From assembly GCA_021731365.1 (NCBI GenBank), contig JAKFXL010000011.1, positions 7,848 to 71,847 on the forward strand: a stretch of 64,000 nt of DNA, read 5' to 3'. The stretch comes from Gammaproteobacteria bacterium (GTDB lineage Bacteria; Pseudomonadota; Gammaproteobacteria; Tenderiales; Tenderiaceae). A program made the translations under genes and the position numbers. The notes under the pieces were generated by a model. That model was not told the DNA's origin and did no database searches. It saw nothing but the letters and a program-made list of their open reading frames with translations. This document shows, in pieces, positions 38,033 to 46,568 of this stretch (position 1 is the stretch's first letter; every line of letters starts with the position of its first letter).

Positions 38033-38044
38033 CCCGTAGGTCCG

Positions 38045-38120
38045 TATATGGCCCCCTCTCGATTTGCAAACAAATTGGTGTAAAGGGATAAGGAAAATTG
38101 CATCCGTATATTCGGCTTAT
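38045..38120 (-). mobile_element. IS110/IS1111-family right-end-like remnant inserted in a REP
   Basis: Minus strand GCCGAATATACGGATGCA...TTGCAAATCGAGAGGGGGCCATATA abuts the half-REP AGCCCGTAGGTCCG (38030-38044). Confidence 0.5.
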
Positions 38121-38134
38121 TGTCGAGAAGGTAG

Positions 38135-38390
38135 GCCCGTAGGTCCGATTAGCACGGCGTAATCGGACGCATGTGAAATGGCCACCACCTGATTAAAGAA
38201 ATGGCAAACAGAACATGCGTAACTATTGCCGGGCCTTTATTTTCGGTGGCGCATGTTCGGGATTGGCTCTACTCCACCATTACGTCAAGCTGGGCATTTA
38301 CTCTCTGAATTGGCGTGGTGATCCCAGGGTGAGTCTTGAGGGTGGTGATTGTCATGCGTCCGATTGCGCTGCGCTATTCGGACCTACGAA
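38135..38390 (+). mobile_element. Mini-RAYT element copy 2
   Basis: About 90% identical to 36213-36470 by manual alignment; same deletion junction; slightly decayed REPs. Confidence 0.78.
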
Positions 38391-38690
38391 CTTACGCGCT
38401 TTATAGGCCGTTTTACGACGATCATTTGTCAGTCGTTGTGTTTGCTGTGGCCTGTATCCCCTTGATTCTGCATTGCGTTTTAATTGTCGGCTAATGGTGG
38501 AAGGGCTTCGTTCCATCAGTACAGCAATATCCTGTTGTGAATGTCCGGCTTTCTTTAATGCATAAATTTGGTATCGTTCGTTTTCGGTCAGTTGGTTGTA
38601 GTTCATTGTGCTTTTCTCTTGGCGGAGGGAGGTGCTGACTCTACCAGCTGGCCTCTCTGTTACCAATTGCACTTATTATCCGAAACCGCC
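38391..38690 (-). mobile_element. Truncated IS30-family element (left IR plus transposase N-terminus, 38606-38391)
   Basis: MNYNQLTENERYQIYALKKAGHSQQDIA...RSPSTISRQLKRN (IS30 HTH); terminal GGCGGTTTCGGATAATAAGTGCAA at 38690-38667. Confidence 0.85.
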
Positions 38691-38713
38691 AATTTTAAAG
38701 AGGCAAGATAATC

Positions 38714-39331
38714 ATGAAATATTCAAAGGTATTTACCAGTCGCATTTCTGCTATCTCGCTCTCATTCGCTGTTGGATGCGGGGCAATGCTGTTACCCGCA
38801 CAACATGCCATGGCGGAAATTCCAATGGAGGCGAGCAGTGCCAAGCCCCAGGGCTGCCCACAGGTTGATCCCGATGCAAATCTTGAAGCGCTCGGTATTG
38901 TGTTAACACCGCCTCCTCAGCCTATCGCCAACTTTGTACCCGCCGTGCGAGTTGGCAAGCTCATGTATCTGGCGGGCAATGGTCCACGCTTGGCAAATGG
39001 ATCATTCATCACAGGTAAGCTGGGTTCGAAACCAGACCAGCTTACCATCGATGAGGGCTACCAGGCGGCCCGGGTGACGATGATCAATCAATTGGCGGTG
39101 CTGAAGGCAGAACTCGGCGAGCTCAAGAAAGTAAAACGTATTGTGAAAGTTTTTGGGATGGTGAATTCAGATCCTGATTTCACGGATCATCCAAGAGTAA
39201 TCAACGGTGCTTCGAATCTGCTCGTAGACGTATTTGGTGAGTGCGGCAAGCATGCACGCTCAGCTGTGGGAATGGTTTCTCTGCCATTCAATATTGCTGT
39301 CGAAATTGATATGGTGGTTGAGCTTCGTTAG
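38714..39331 (+). CDS. Rid (YjgF/YER057c/UK114) family protein with N-terminal signal-like extension
   Basis: ANFVPAV, GKLG, VINGASNLL, GKHARSAVG, LPFNIAVEI. Confidence 0.85.
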   Translation: MKYSKVFTSRISAISLSFAVGCGAMLLPAQHAMAEIPMEASSAKPQGCPQVDPDANLEALGIVLTPPPQPIANFVPAVRVGKLMYLAGNGPRLANGSFITGKLGSKPDQLTIDEGYQAARVTMINQLAVLKAELGELKKVKRIVKVFGMVNSDPDFTDHPRVINGASNLLVDVFGECGKHARSAVGMVSLPFNIAVEIDMVVELR

Positions 39332-39370
39332 TCTGATGGTTAAAAAGGTCAGCGCCCTCTAATGTTAATC

Positions 39371-39430
39371 TTAACAATCATCACCAATCCTTCGACGGGC
39401 TCAGGACGAATGGGGTTACTCAGAGGTGCA
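39371..39430 (+). repeat. MITE-like element family A, partial copy 4 (right half)
   Basis: TTAACAATCA...CCTTCGACGGGCTCAGGACGAATGGGGTTACTCAGAGGT. Confidence 0.7.
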
Positions 39431-39586
39431 TTATCTGCTTGGCGACGGAGGTCCACACTGTGCTTTGTGGTTACGAAATCAACTTGTTAAAAGAGATGTT
39501 TTCAATGAATTTTATTTGTTGGTGCCATTCAGCCCCATGTTACAGAGACGTTACTGCCTTCATAAAACGACCATGAAATAGAGTAT

Positions 39587-39618
39587 AAAAAAATGGCCCG
39601 CCATAATGACGGGCCATT
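39587..39618 (-). terminator. Rho-independent terminator of the metallophosphatase gene
   Basis: AATGGCCCG..CGGGCCATT stem with a T-tract on the minus strand. Confidence 0.75.
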
Positions 39619-39646
39619 ATCCTGCTTTAAGCTTTCTGTATGCTTT

Positions 39647-42031
39647 TTAGTTTTGATCGTACTGGTTAAATCTGTAGTTCACTTGGCCATAGGTGCTGTT
39701 GTATCCGGCCGTGCCTACTGCACGTGCTCCCCACACTGGCTCGACGGTTGGGAAACCAAGGCTTGGGCGCGTATCTGGTAATGCAGCTGTCATATCGATG
39801 CGTGGGAATGGAAGTTCCGCTGCCTCTATGTTGCCACCCAGGAACTGTTTGATGTAAAGCGCGACAACTTCTACCGCGTCGACATTTTCGTAAGCGGCGT
39901 AGTCAGCCGCCAGCGTTGGCCAGCTTTGTACCAGGCGCAAATTTGCGAGTGTCTCGGGCGCTGTGCCTTTGATGCGCATGATTTTGCGAATTGAGTTTGG
40001 CGTTGTTGCTGAGTTGGGTGCCGGGGCGATATTGTTCACAACGGTGGGTGAGACATCATAGTAGTACGAGGCGTAGCGATAGCGTTTGCCATTGTCGGCA
40101 TTCGACAATACATAGCCGGTTGCATCATCGCTAATTGAGGTGCGTCCCAAGGCAAACTGGGAGACGCGTCCTTGCACATCGTTGATCTTATAGTTTATGC
40201 CCGTGACTGGATTGATTGTGTCGACACGCCCAATGACACCGTAGGGATCAAACTTCATGGTTACACCGCTGAAGTTGAAGAACCAGCCCCCCGCCCATTG
40301 GGTGACATCCGGATTCATGCAGCTATCCGCTGCACTCTCTGCCTGGTTGTTCAGCGCGCCACCAGTAAGCTCGGTCACTGCAACTTGTGGCCCAATAGAT
40401 AAAAAGTGGTATAGATCTTCGTAAGTGATTGCGCTGCCAGCTGGGTAGCTGTTAACAAAACGGAAGCCACGGATCGCAGCAATAAGATATTTGCCATCGG
40501 TTGACGGCGTGATGTTGCCGCTGGTATCAAGCCCTGTTTTCTCACTGGCCGGTAACAGTGCATTGGTGACCACACGGAATGCATCGGTGATCAGAGAGTG
40601 CGCGGCACCTTCGATGACCCCCGGCATTATGCCGTTGGCGGGATCCCACTGATGTGAGAAGTTATTGCGTGACAACTCGACATCGGTATAACCAATCACT
40701 TGATTCAGCGGTGCGTATGGCTTGGTGCCATTGAACGGATTGGTGAAGGCGTTTGGATCAAAAGCGGCGCCTTTAAACGGTGCTGTCACCTCTTCAACTT
40801 TAGCGGCGATGATGGGATCTTCTGCCACTGCATCGGTTATATCGTGCTCTTTCCATTTCCAGGATTCGATGCTGTAGTTTGTATCGCCTGCCTTCTTTTT
40901 AAATTTGAATGCCAGCTCGCCGACTTGAGCACCATCTTCCCCCTCTTCAATAATCAAGGTCTTGCCACCGTTCGGCGTAGTGATTTGTACTGGATAGTTG
41001 GTCTCCTCATGCATATCGGAAGAGAAGATGACGTCGATGCCGTTGTAGTGCTCGGCGTTGTACATGTTTTCTGCCAGTCCTGCCTCGGATAACATAATTA
41101 CCATATCAACCCCTTTCTGATTACGGAGGATATCAACGTACTTGGGAATTTCCGGGACTGTATTGAAGCCGCCCGGATTTTCTGGGTCCTGATTGGCATG
41201 ACCACCCACTGGCCATTGAATGGCTCTGTTATTTGCAGAGGCGACTTTGCCGTTGCAGTTGGTGAAGGTGACACCCTCTGTTACGTTACCGCCCACAATT
41301 TGTGGGCCACGGTTTGTTGTGCAGCCGAAGATGCCCACCTTTACACCATCTATATTCACAACACGATAAGGTTTGCCGTTGTAGGGGGCGACAACCAGTT
41401 CGCCAACAGCTGTGGCCGCGTTAGCGCTGTACGGTGCTGCGGGATCTGCGAATCCCCCCGACGTATTGCCCGCCTCACCGTTGTAGTAGGCGTTCACCGC
41501 TGTTATGCCCCACGGTGCGATCGGCGCTACGTACTCATTTTCTGAAGTGGCTGGATTATCCGGCGTACCTAAAAAGAGTTCACGGAAGCGCCCCAAACCG
41601 TAGGTGTGCTCCCAATTACCAGGGGCAAATGCGTCGACGCCCATCAAGTTTACGACATCAACCATCGCTTGCCCTTTGGTGAACAGGGTCTGGGCACCTC
41701 CCTGAATGGTATCGCCGGTATGTATGTAGAAAGAGTTCTGCGCGCGGTTGCGTATTGTTTTTACCACGGTGGCAACACGTGCCAATCCGCCTTCTGATGG
41801 TTGGCCGTCGCGCACATTGGCGTGTGCATGGAAATCACCGTGAAAATCACCTGTGTGAATAAAGGTAATGTGACGAACATCGGTCGCGTTTATGATGTTC
41901 TCTTTTTTATTTACATTATTAGCACCGATTATTTTATCGTTGCTGGCATGGACCGGTGCGACAACTAACACACTGGATGCAAGCGTGCCTAATATTGCAG
42001 ACAACAATACTTTTTGTTTAAATTTCATCAT
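39647..42031 (-). CDS. Secreted 5'-nucleotidase/SoxB-like dimetal hydrolase
   Basis: Signal peptide (VHA); GDFHG, GGLAR, GDTIQG, GNWE, SSDMHE; C-terminal nucleotidase-like domain (RGFRF, WAGGW). Confidence 0.8.
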   Translation of the reverse strand: MMKFKQKVLLSAILGTLASSVLVVAPVHASNDKIIGANNVNKKENIINATDVRHITFIHTGDFHGDFHAHANVRDGQPSEGGLARVATVVKTIRNRAQNSFYIHTGDTIQGGAQTLFTKGQAMVDVVNLMGVDAFAPGNWEHTYGLGRFRELFLGTPDNPATSENEYVAPIAPWGITAVNAYYNGEAGNTSGGFADPAAPYSANAATAVGELVVAPYNGKPYRVVNIDGVKVGIFGCTTNRGPQIVGGNVTEGVTFTNCNGKVASANNRAIQWPVGGHANQDPENPGGFNTVPEIPKYVDILRNQKGVDMVIMLSEAGLAENMYNAEHYNGIDVIFSSDMHEETNYPVQITTPNGGKTLIIEEGEDGAQVGELAFKFKKKAGDTNYSIESWKWKEHDITDAVAEDPIIAAKVEEVTAPFKGAAFDPNAFTNPFNGTKPYAPLNQVIGYTDVELSRNNFSHQWDPANGIMPGVIEGAAHSLITDAFRVVTNALLPASEKTGLDTSGNITPSTDGKYLIAAIRGFRFVNSYPAGSAITYEDLYHFLSIGPQVAVTELTGGALNNQAESAADSCMNPDVTQWAGGWFFNFSGVTMKFDPYGVIGRVDTINPVTGINYKINDVQGRVSQFALGRTSISDDATGYVLSNADNGKRYRYASYYYDVSPTVVNNIAPAPNSATTPNSIRKIMRIKGTAPETLANLRLVQSWPTLAADYAAYENVDAVEVVALYIKQFLGGNIEAAELPFPRIDMTAALPDTRPSLGFPTVEPVWGARAVGTAGYNSTYGQVNYRFNQYDQN

Positions 42032-42592
42032 GTAGTGCCCCTTTTTATATTGACGTAAAAACAAGATGCCATAAATTAAATAGGCATAATGGTTGCCCCG
42101 TTTACAACTTGGTTTGGTTTCATTGCATTGGTAAAGGCCGGGTAGCCATCAGCTAGAGTGATGTGCACCCCAATGGAGTGATCCCGCATGCACCATATCA
42201 AAGGAGTATGATTTCCGATAGAGATTATCCCAGGATAACCTCTGAATAAGCCCATAGGTCCGGGGTTGGTAACATGTGAGGCAACAAACAGCTCACCCGA
42301 TTGTCATTACAAGGTCAAACCAACGTCAATGGCCCGTGAAAACTCTACTACATGGCCACAACACCTAAAAACTGGCGCATTATTATTATGCAGTGAAGGG
42401 TGAGGTGACTGGATCTCATCACGATCACAAAGACCTTTGACGAACCCATAAAGATAAAAAAATCGATGGAGAAACATGTGCCCTACACAACTTGGAAACC
42501 AAAAAAATCGTGCTCCTTAGTCATTCGGGAAAATGATACATTGTTTTTTCTACACCATCGTTAGCCATATCACTCAACCAAAGAGGCTCCTC

Positions 42593-43153
42593 ATGAAAAA
42601 ATCAGTTCTACTGCTCGCGTGTACGCTATCTTCCGTATTGTTATTCAACCTTGCCAATGCCAACCCCAACCCGCCATCCCCTTATTCAGGACAAGAGTCG
42701 CGAGAGATCAAGGCGCTCAGTTCCGAGGATGTTCAGGCCTATCTTTCCGGAAAAGGTTTGGGATTTGCGAAGGCCGCTGAACTGAATGGTTATCCGGGCC
42801 CATCTCATGTGTTGGTTTTGGCTACCGAACTGGGGCTGACCGCAGATCAAAAACAACGCACCGAATTACTCTTCAAGGGCATGGAATCCAAGGCCATATC
42901 GCTGGGTCATCCGCTGGTCGAAGAGGAACGTAAACTAGACCGGATGTTCGCGGAAAAAACAGTTACAGCAGAGTCACTTAATCAGTCACTAAAACGCATT
43001 AGTGAATTGCACGGACAGGTGCGCCAGGCACACCTTGAAGTCCACTTAGCCCAAGCTGAAATACTGACCCCCACACAGCTATCCAAATATATGAAGCTTC
43101 GTGGATACTCTGACACTCATCAAGCCGGAAGCCATGCTGGCCATACACATTAA
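42593..43153 (+). CDS. Periplasmic Spy/CpxP-like (LTxxQ) protein, probable former cassette
   Basis: Signal peptide; AELNGYPGPSHVL, LTADQ, LTPTQ, His-rich tail; preceded by GTTAGCC at 42560. Confidence 0.8.
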   Translation: MKKSVLLLACTLSSVLLFNLANANPNPPSPYSGQESREIKALSSEDVQAYLSGKGLGFAKAAELNGYPGPSHVLVLATELGLTADQKQRTELLFKGMESKAISLGHPLVEEERKLDRMFAEKTVTAESLNQSLKRISELHGQVRQAHLEVHLAQAEILTPTQLSKYMKLRGYSDTHQAGSHAGHTH

Positions 43154-43156
43154 ATT

Positions 43157-43206
43157 GGCTAATCTTACGTTCAAGAGGGACACCGCAAAGACGCGGTGCC
43201 CCTCAT
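43157..43206 (+). mobile_element. Degenerate/truncated attC
   Basis: GGCTAAT-CTTACGTTCAAGAGGGACACCGC-AAAGAC-GCGGTGCCCCT; right end and core site missing. Confidence 0.6.
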
Positions 43207-43577
43207 CGTTGCGAGTGCGTGGCCTAAACTGGCTGTAATAGCCAGCAACATATTTCGTAATGCCATGCTTTTCTTTTTAAAAAGAGGCATAGCCAATCTT
43301 AGATGTCCACTCGGCTTTCAGATTTCTGACAACACGCACCATCGCACCATTGCGCCCAAAGCACTTCATGGGACCGCCCCAAAAACAATTCGATCATGCA
43401 CCTTACATATATCAATATGTTTGGTGTGTAATCCGAAACTAAAGAGGATTTGTCTTGAAAGTCGGGGATGATTGGGCAAAGATGTAGGCGATCAATTTCT
43501 CGAGGGCTTGAGAATGGTTTCCTACAGACTCATTAGGCGTCACAGGTAGATCGAACCAAAACACCAAGGAGATTCAC

Positions 43578-45032
43578 ATGAAGAAAGATGACCGCAAACC
43601 CACAACAACAGATGCTGGTATCCCCGTTGCCAGCGATGAACACTCACTCACCGTGGGGCCCGATGGCCCCATCCTGCTCCAGGACCATTACCTCATCGAG
43701 CAGATGGCCAATTTCAACCGGGAGAAGATCCCGGAGCGACAGCCCCACGCGAAGGGCTCCGGGGCCTTCGGGCACTTCGAGGTCACCAACGATGTCAGCC
43801 AATACACCAAGGCGGCGGTCTTCCAGCCAGGGACAAAGACGGATACGTTGATCCGATTCTCCACGGTGGCGGGTGAGCAGGGCAGCCCTGACACCTGGCG
43901 TGATCCACGTGGCTTCGCGCTGAAGTTTTTCACCAGCGAGGGCAACTACGACATGGTGGGGAACAACACTCCGGTGTTCTTTATCCGTGATCCCATGAAG
44001 TTTCAGCACTTCATCCGTTCCCAGAAACGCCGTGCGGATAACGGCCTGCGCGACCACGATATGCAGTGGGACTTCTGGAGCCTATCACCCGAGTCGGCCC
44101 ACCAGGTCACGCTGTTAATGGGTGACCGAGGGATCCCGAAGACCTGGCGGCACATGAATGGCTACTCAAGCCACACTTACATGTGGGTCAATGCAAGCGG
44201 CGAGCGCTTCTGGGTGAAGTATCACTTCAAGACTGACCAGGGCATCGACTTCCTCACGCAGGAAGAGGCTGACAGGCTCGCCGGCTCTGACGGTGACTAC
44301 CACCGGCGTGACCTGTTCGAGGCGATCAAGCGGGGTGATCATCCGAGCTGGACACTGAAAATGCAGATCATGCCCTTCGAGGAAGCCAAGACCTATCGCT
44401 TCAACCCCTTCGACCTGACCAAGGTGTGGCCGCACGCTGACTACCCGTTACATGAGGTTGGCCGGCTGACGCTGGATCGCAACCCGACCGACTTCCACAC
44501 CGAGATCGAGCAGGCGGCGTTCGAGCCGAACAATCTCGTGCCAGGGATCGGTGTCAGCCCGGACAAAATGTTACTCGGCCGCCTCTTCGCCTACGCCGAT
44601 GCCCACCGTCACCGCCTGGGGGTCAACTACAAGCAGATTCCGGTTAACCGGCCTAAGTCAGAGGTGAACAGCTATAGCAAGGATGGGCCGATGCGGATTG
44701 ATAACGTATCCGACCCTGTGTACGCACCAAATTCTAAGGGTGGCCCAAAGGCCGACAGTAGCCGTTATTCCGAGACAGCGATCTGGGAGGCCAACGGCGA
44801 GTTCACCCGTACCGCTTACACCTTACGTACAGACGATGATGACTACGGTCAGGCGGGCACGTTGGTACGCGAGGTTATGGACGATGAGCAGCGCAGTCGG
44901 CTGGTATCGAACGTCGTCGGGCACCTCAAGGGAGGGGTGTCCGAACCCGTACTACAGCGTGCGCTTGAATACTGGTGCAATATCGACAAGGAAATAGGCA
45001 ACCGTATCACCAAGGAGATGAAGGGGTGCTGA
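43578..45032 (+). CDS. katA: Monofunctional small-subunit heme catalase
   Basis: [43 protein letters not shown]; AAGGAG RBS. Confidence 0.93.
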   Translation: MKKDDRKPTTTDAGIPVASDEHSLTVGPDGPILLQDHYLIEQMANFNREKIPERQPHAKGSGAFGHFEVTNDVSQYTKAAVFQPGTKTDTLIRFSTVAGEQGSPDTWRDPRGFALKFFTSEGNYDMVGNNTPVFFIRDPMKFQHFIRSQKRRADNGLRDHDMQWDFWSLSPESAHQVTLLMGDRGIPKTWRHMNGYSSHTYMWVNASGERFWVKYHFKTDQGIDFLTQEEADRLAGSDGDYHRRDLFEAIKRGDHPSWTLKMQIMPFEEAKTYRFNPFDLTKVWPHADYPLHEVGRLTLDRNPTDFHTEIEQAAFEPNNLVPGIGVSPDKMLLGRLFAYADAHRHRLGVNYKQIPVNRPKSEVNSYSKDGPMRIDNVSDPVYAPNSKGGPKADSSRYSETAIWEANGEFTRTAYTLRTDDDDYGQAGTLVREVMDDEQRSRLVSNVVGHLKGGVSEPVLQRALEYWCNIDKEIGNRITKEMKGC

Positions 45033-45127
45033 GTTCGACCGCGTCGGGTACCGGCCGTACGAATTTAAAGTGCCAGGGTGTGGGACAGAACGTAGGCCTC
45101 TATTTGGCTTTATATAAGATACGACCC

Positions 45128-45187
45128 GCTTAACAAACAGCATCCAACGGAGACGCTATACGTCACCGTTGGTGCTGCGTGTTAGGA
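45128..45187 (+). mobile_element. attC site downstream of catalase
   Basis: GCTTAAC-AAACAGCATCCAACGGAGACG-CTATA-CGTCACCGTTGGTGCTG-CGT-GTTAGGA; 60 bp with an unpaired base in the left arm. Confidence 0.75.
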
Positions 45188-45509
45188 AAAAATATGGGAC
45201 TTCGTGTTCTCGGGGGGGTGCTTAGCACCCCCTTAACATTTATGTACTTCTGGGAATTCGGTGGCCTTTCCGACACGGACAATGGGCTTTGGCTGCCCCT
45301 CATATAAAGAGGAACAATGAAACCTCGCCTTCCGTACCTTGGCTTCATACCAGAAACCTCAAAGAGTCTTCGCACTGCTGGCTTGTGTCTCCAGGATTGT
45401 ACGTTAGGCCGCCAGTTAACGGACAAGGGCACATCAGATTTAACATTTTCCATATCAAATATGAACACGTTGAATCACCTTTCAATGAGCATGAGGCAAA
45501 AGAAAGTTT

Positions 45510-45758
45510 ATGCGTGGCTCCATTCCAGCTCGTTTTGCTCCCGTTCTTTTTGGGGCTATTCTATCAACCATTATGGTTTCCATCGTGTCAGCAGCCGTTA
45601 TCATCGTAAATCAAGGGATCACCACTGACTTTCTTGCGCGATGGGTAAGGAGCATTGCGACTACATTACCGATTGCATTTCCTATTGTGCTTGTAGTTGG
45701 CCCTGCTGTACGGCAGGTGGTTGGCTATCTCACAACAACTCACCCTGACTCAACGTGA
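45510..45758 (+). CDS. DUF2798 family small membrane protein
   Basis: IPARFAPVLFG..LS.IM..IVS and RW...AFP..L.V.P.VR pattern. Confidence 0.78.
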   Translation: MRGSIPARFAPVLFGAILSTIMVSIVSAAVIIVNQGITTDFLARWVRSIATTLPIAFPIVLVVGPAVRQVVGYLTTTHPDST

Positions 45759-45772
45759 AACCACATGTCGAC

Positions 45773-46429
45773 CTAAATCCCTTGCCGCCTGTGGTCAACC
45801 CAGAGCTCACTTCGCGCAACCACCAACGCCCGGACCAGCAGATACAACACTACGCCGTTTAATAGGTGCCACATGAAATGCGTCCCGATAGTGAGCAATT
45901 CACACACGGCTGCATCTACGGTGCGGAATGCCAGTGAAGCACAAAAAACTAGCGCGCCCAGCAACAGTGATAAACGCCCATTCTGATTGGTTAGATAGTG
46001 AAAGCTGCCCAACAGCAGCAGCACCGAGATTGCGGGCAGGTACATGGCTGAGCCATTCAGCGACAGCGGGAACTGTAGCGCTACTATACTTGCCATCAGG
46101 AACAGCGCCACTGCCATAGCGCAATTTAACGCGGACCAGCGGATCACCTGACGACAATAGAGACAGAGGAAGGTGAGCTGAAACAGAAATATGGGAATAA
46201 CATCAAGCCACTTTGCCCACACAGTGGCATAGGTATGAAACAGGCCGCTACCGATCCCGATGGTGGCAATAAGCAGCACCAGAAACTTATGACCGCCCTC
46301 CCCCCCCGCACCGCGCTGCAACAGTCGCCACGCCACAAAGGCGGCAATCAGGAATGAGAGGTTGCTCAATGCGTTTAGTGGCTCTGCCCAAAGTCCTGGC
46401 CCTATCCGTTCGCAGTAGTTGTCAATCAT
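45773..46429 (-). CDS. Ceramidase-domain (CREST family) membrane protein
   Basis: YCER...WAEPLNALSN, GIGSGLFHT, DVIPI, GTHFMWHLLN. Confidence 0.87.
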   Translation of the reverse strand: MIDNYCERIGPGLWAEPLNALSNLSFLIAAFVAWRLLQRGAGGEGGHKFLVLLIATIGIGSGLFHTYATVWAKWLDVIPIFLFQLTFLCLYCRQVIRWSALNCAMAVALFLMASIVALQFPLSLNGSAMYLPAISVLLLLGSFHYLTNQNGRLSLLLGALVFCASLAFRTVDAAVCELLTIGTHFMWHLLNGVVLYLLVRALVVARSELWVDHRRQGI

Positions 46430-46568
46430 CCTGCATTTCCTGGATCTACTTGTCAGGCCATAGGGTATCAGCCGTGTAGTTCTGTTAACAGACTAACCGA
46501 TTGGGTTAGCTGGCAGGGTGCGGGTTAATTCCGCTCACTCTCAACCGCGCCTATGCAAGGAGCTGTAT

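Noticed and set aside
35870-38390. Repeated ~30-36 bp palindromes as a CRISPR array
   Set aside because: They occur in both orientations with irregular spacing (17 bp to over 1.5 kb), have GTAG-REP structure, and no cas genes are present.
39647-42031. Bona fide SoxB
   Set aside because: Sec-type rather than twin-arginine signal, divergent motifs, and no sox neighbours.
43196-43471. 91-aa ORF between the Spy-like gene and catalase
   Set aside because: Starts inside the degenerate attC, has no RBS or motif, and overlaps a MITE fragment.
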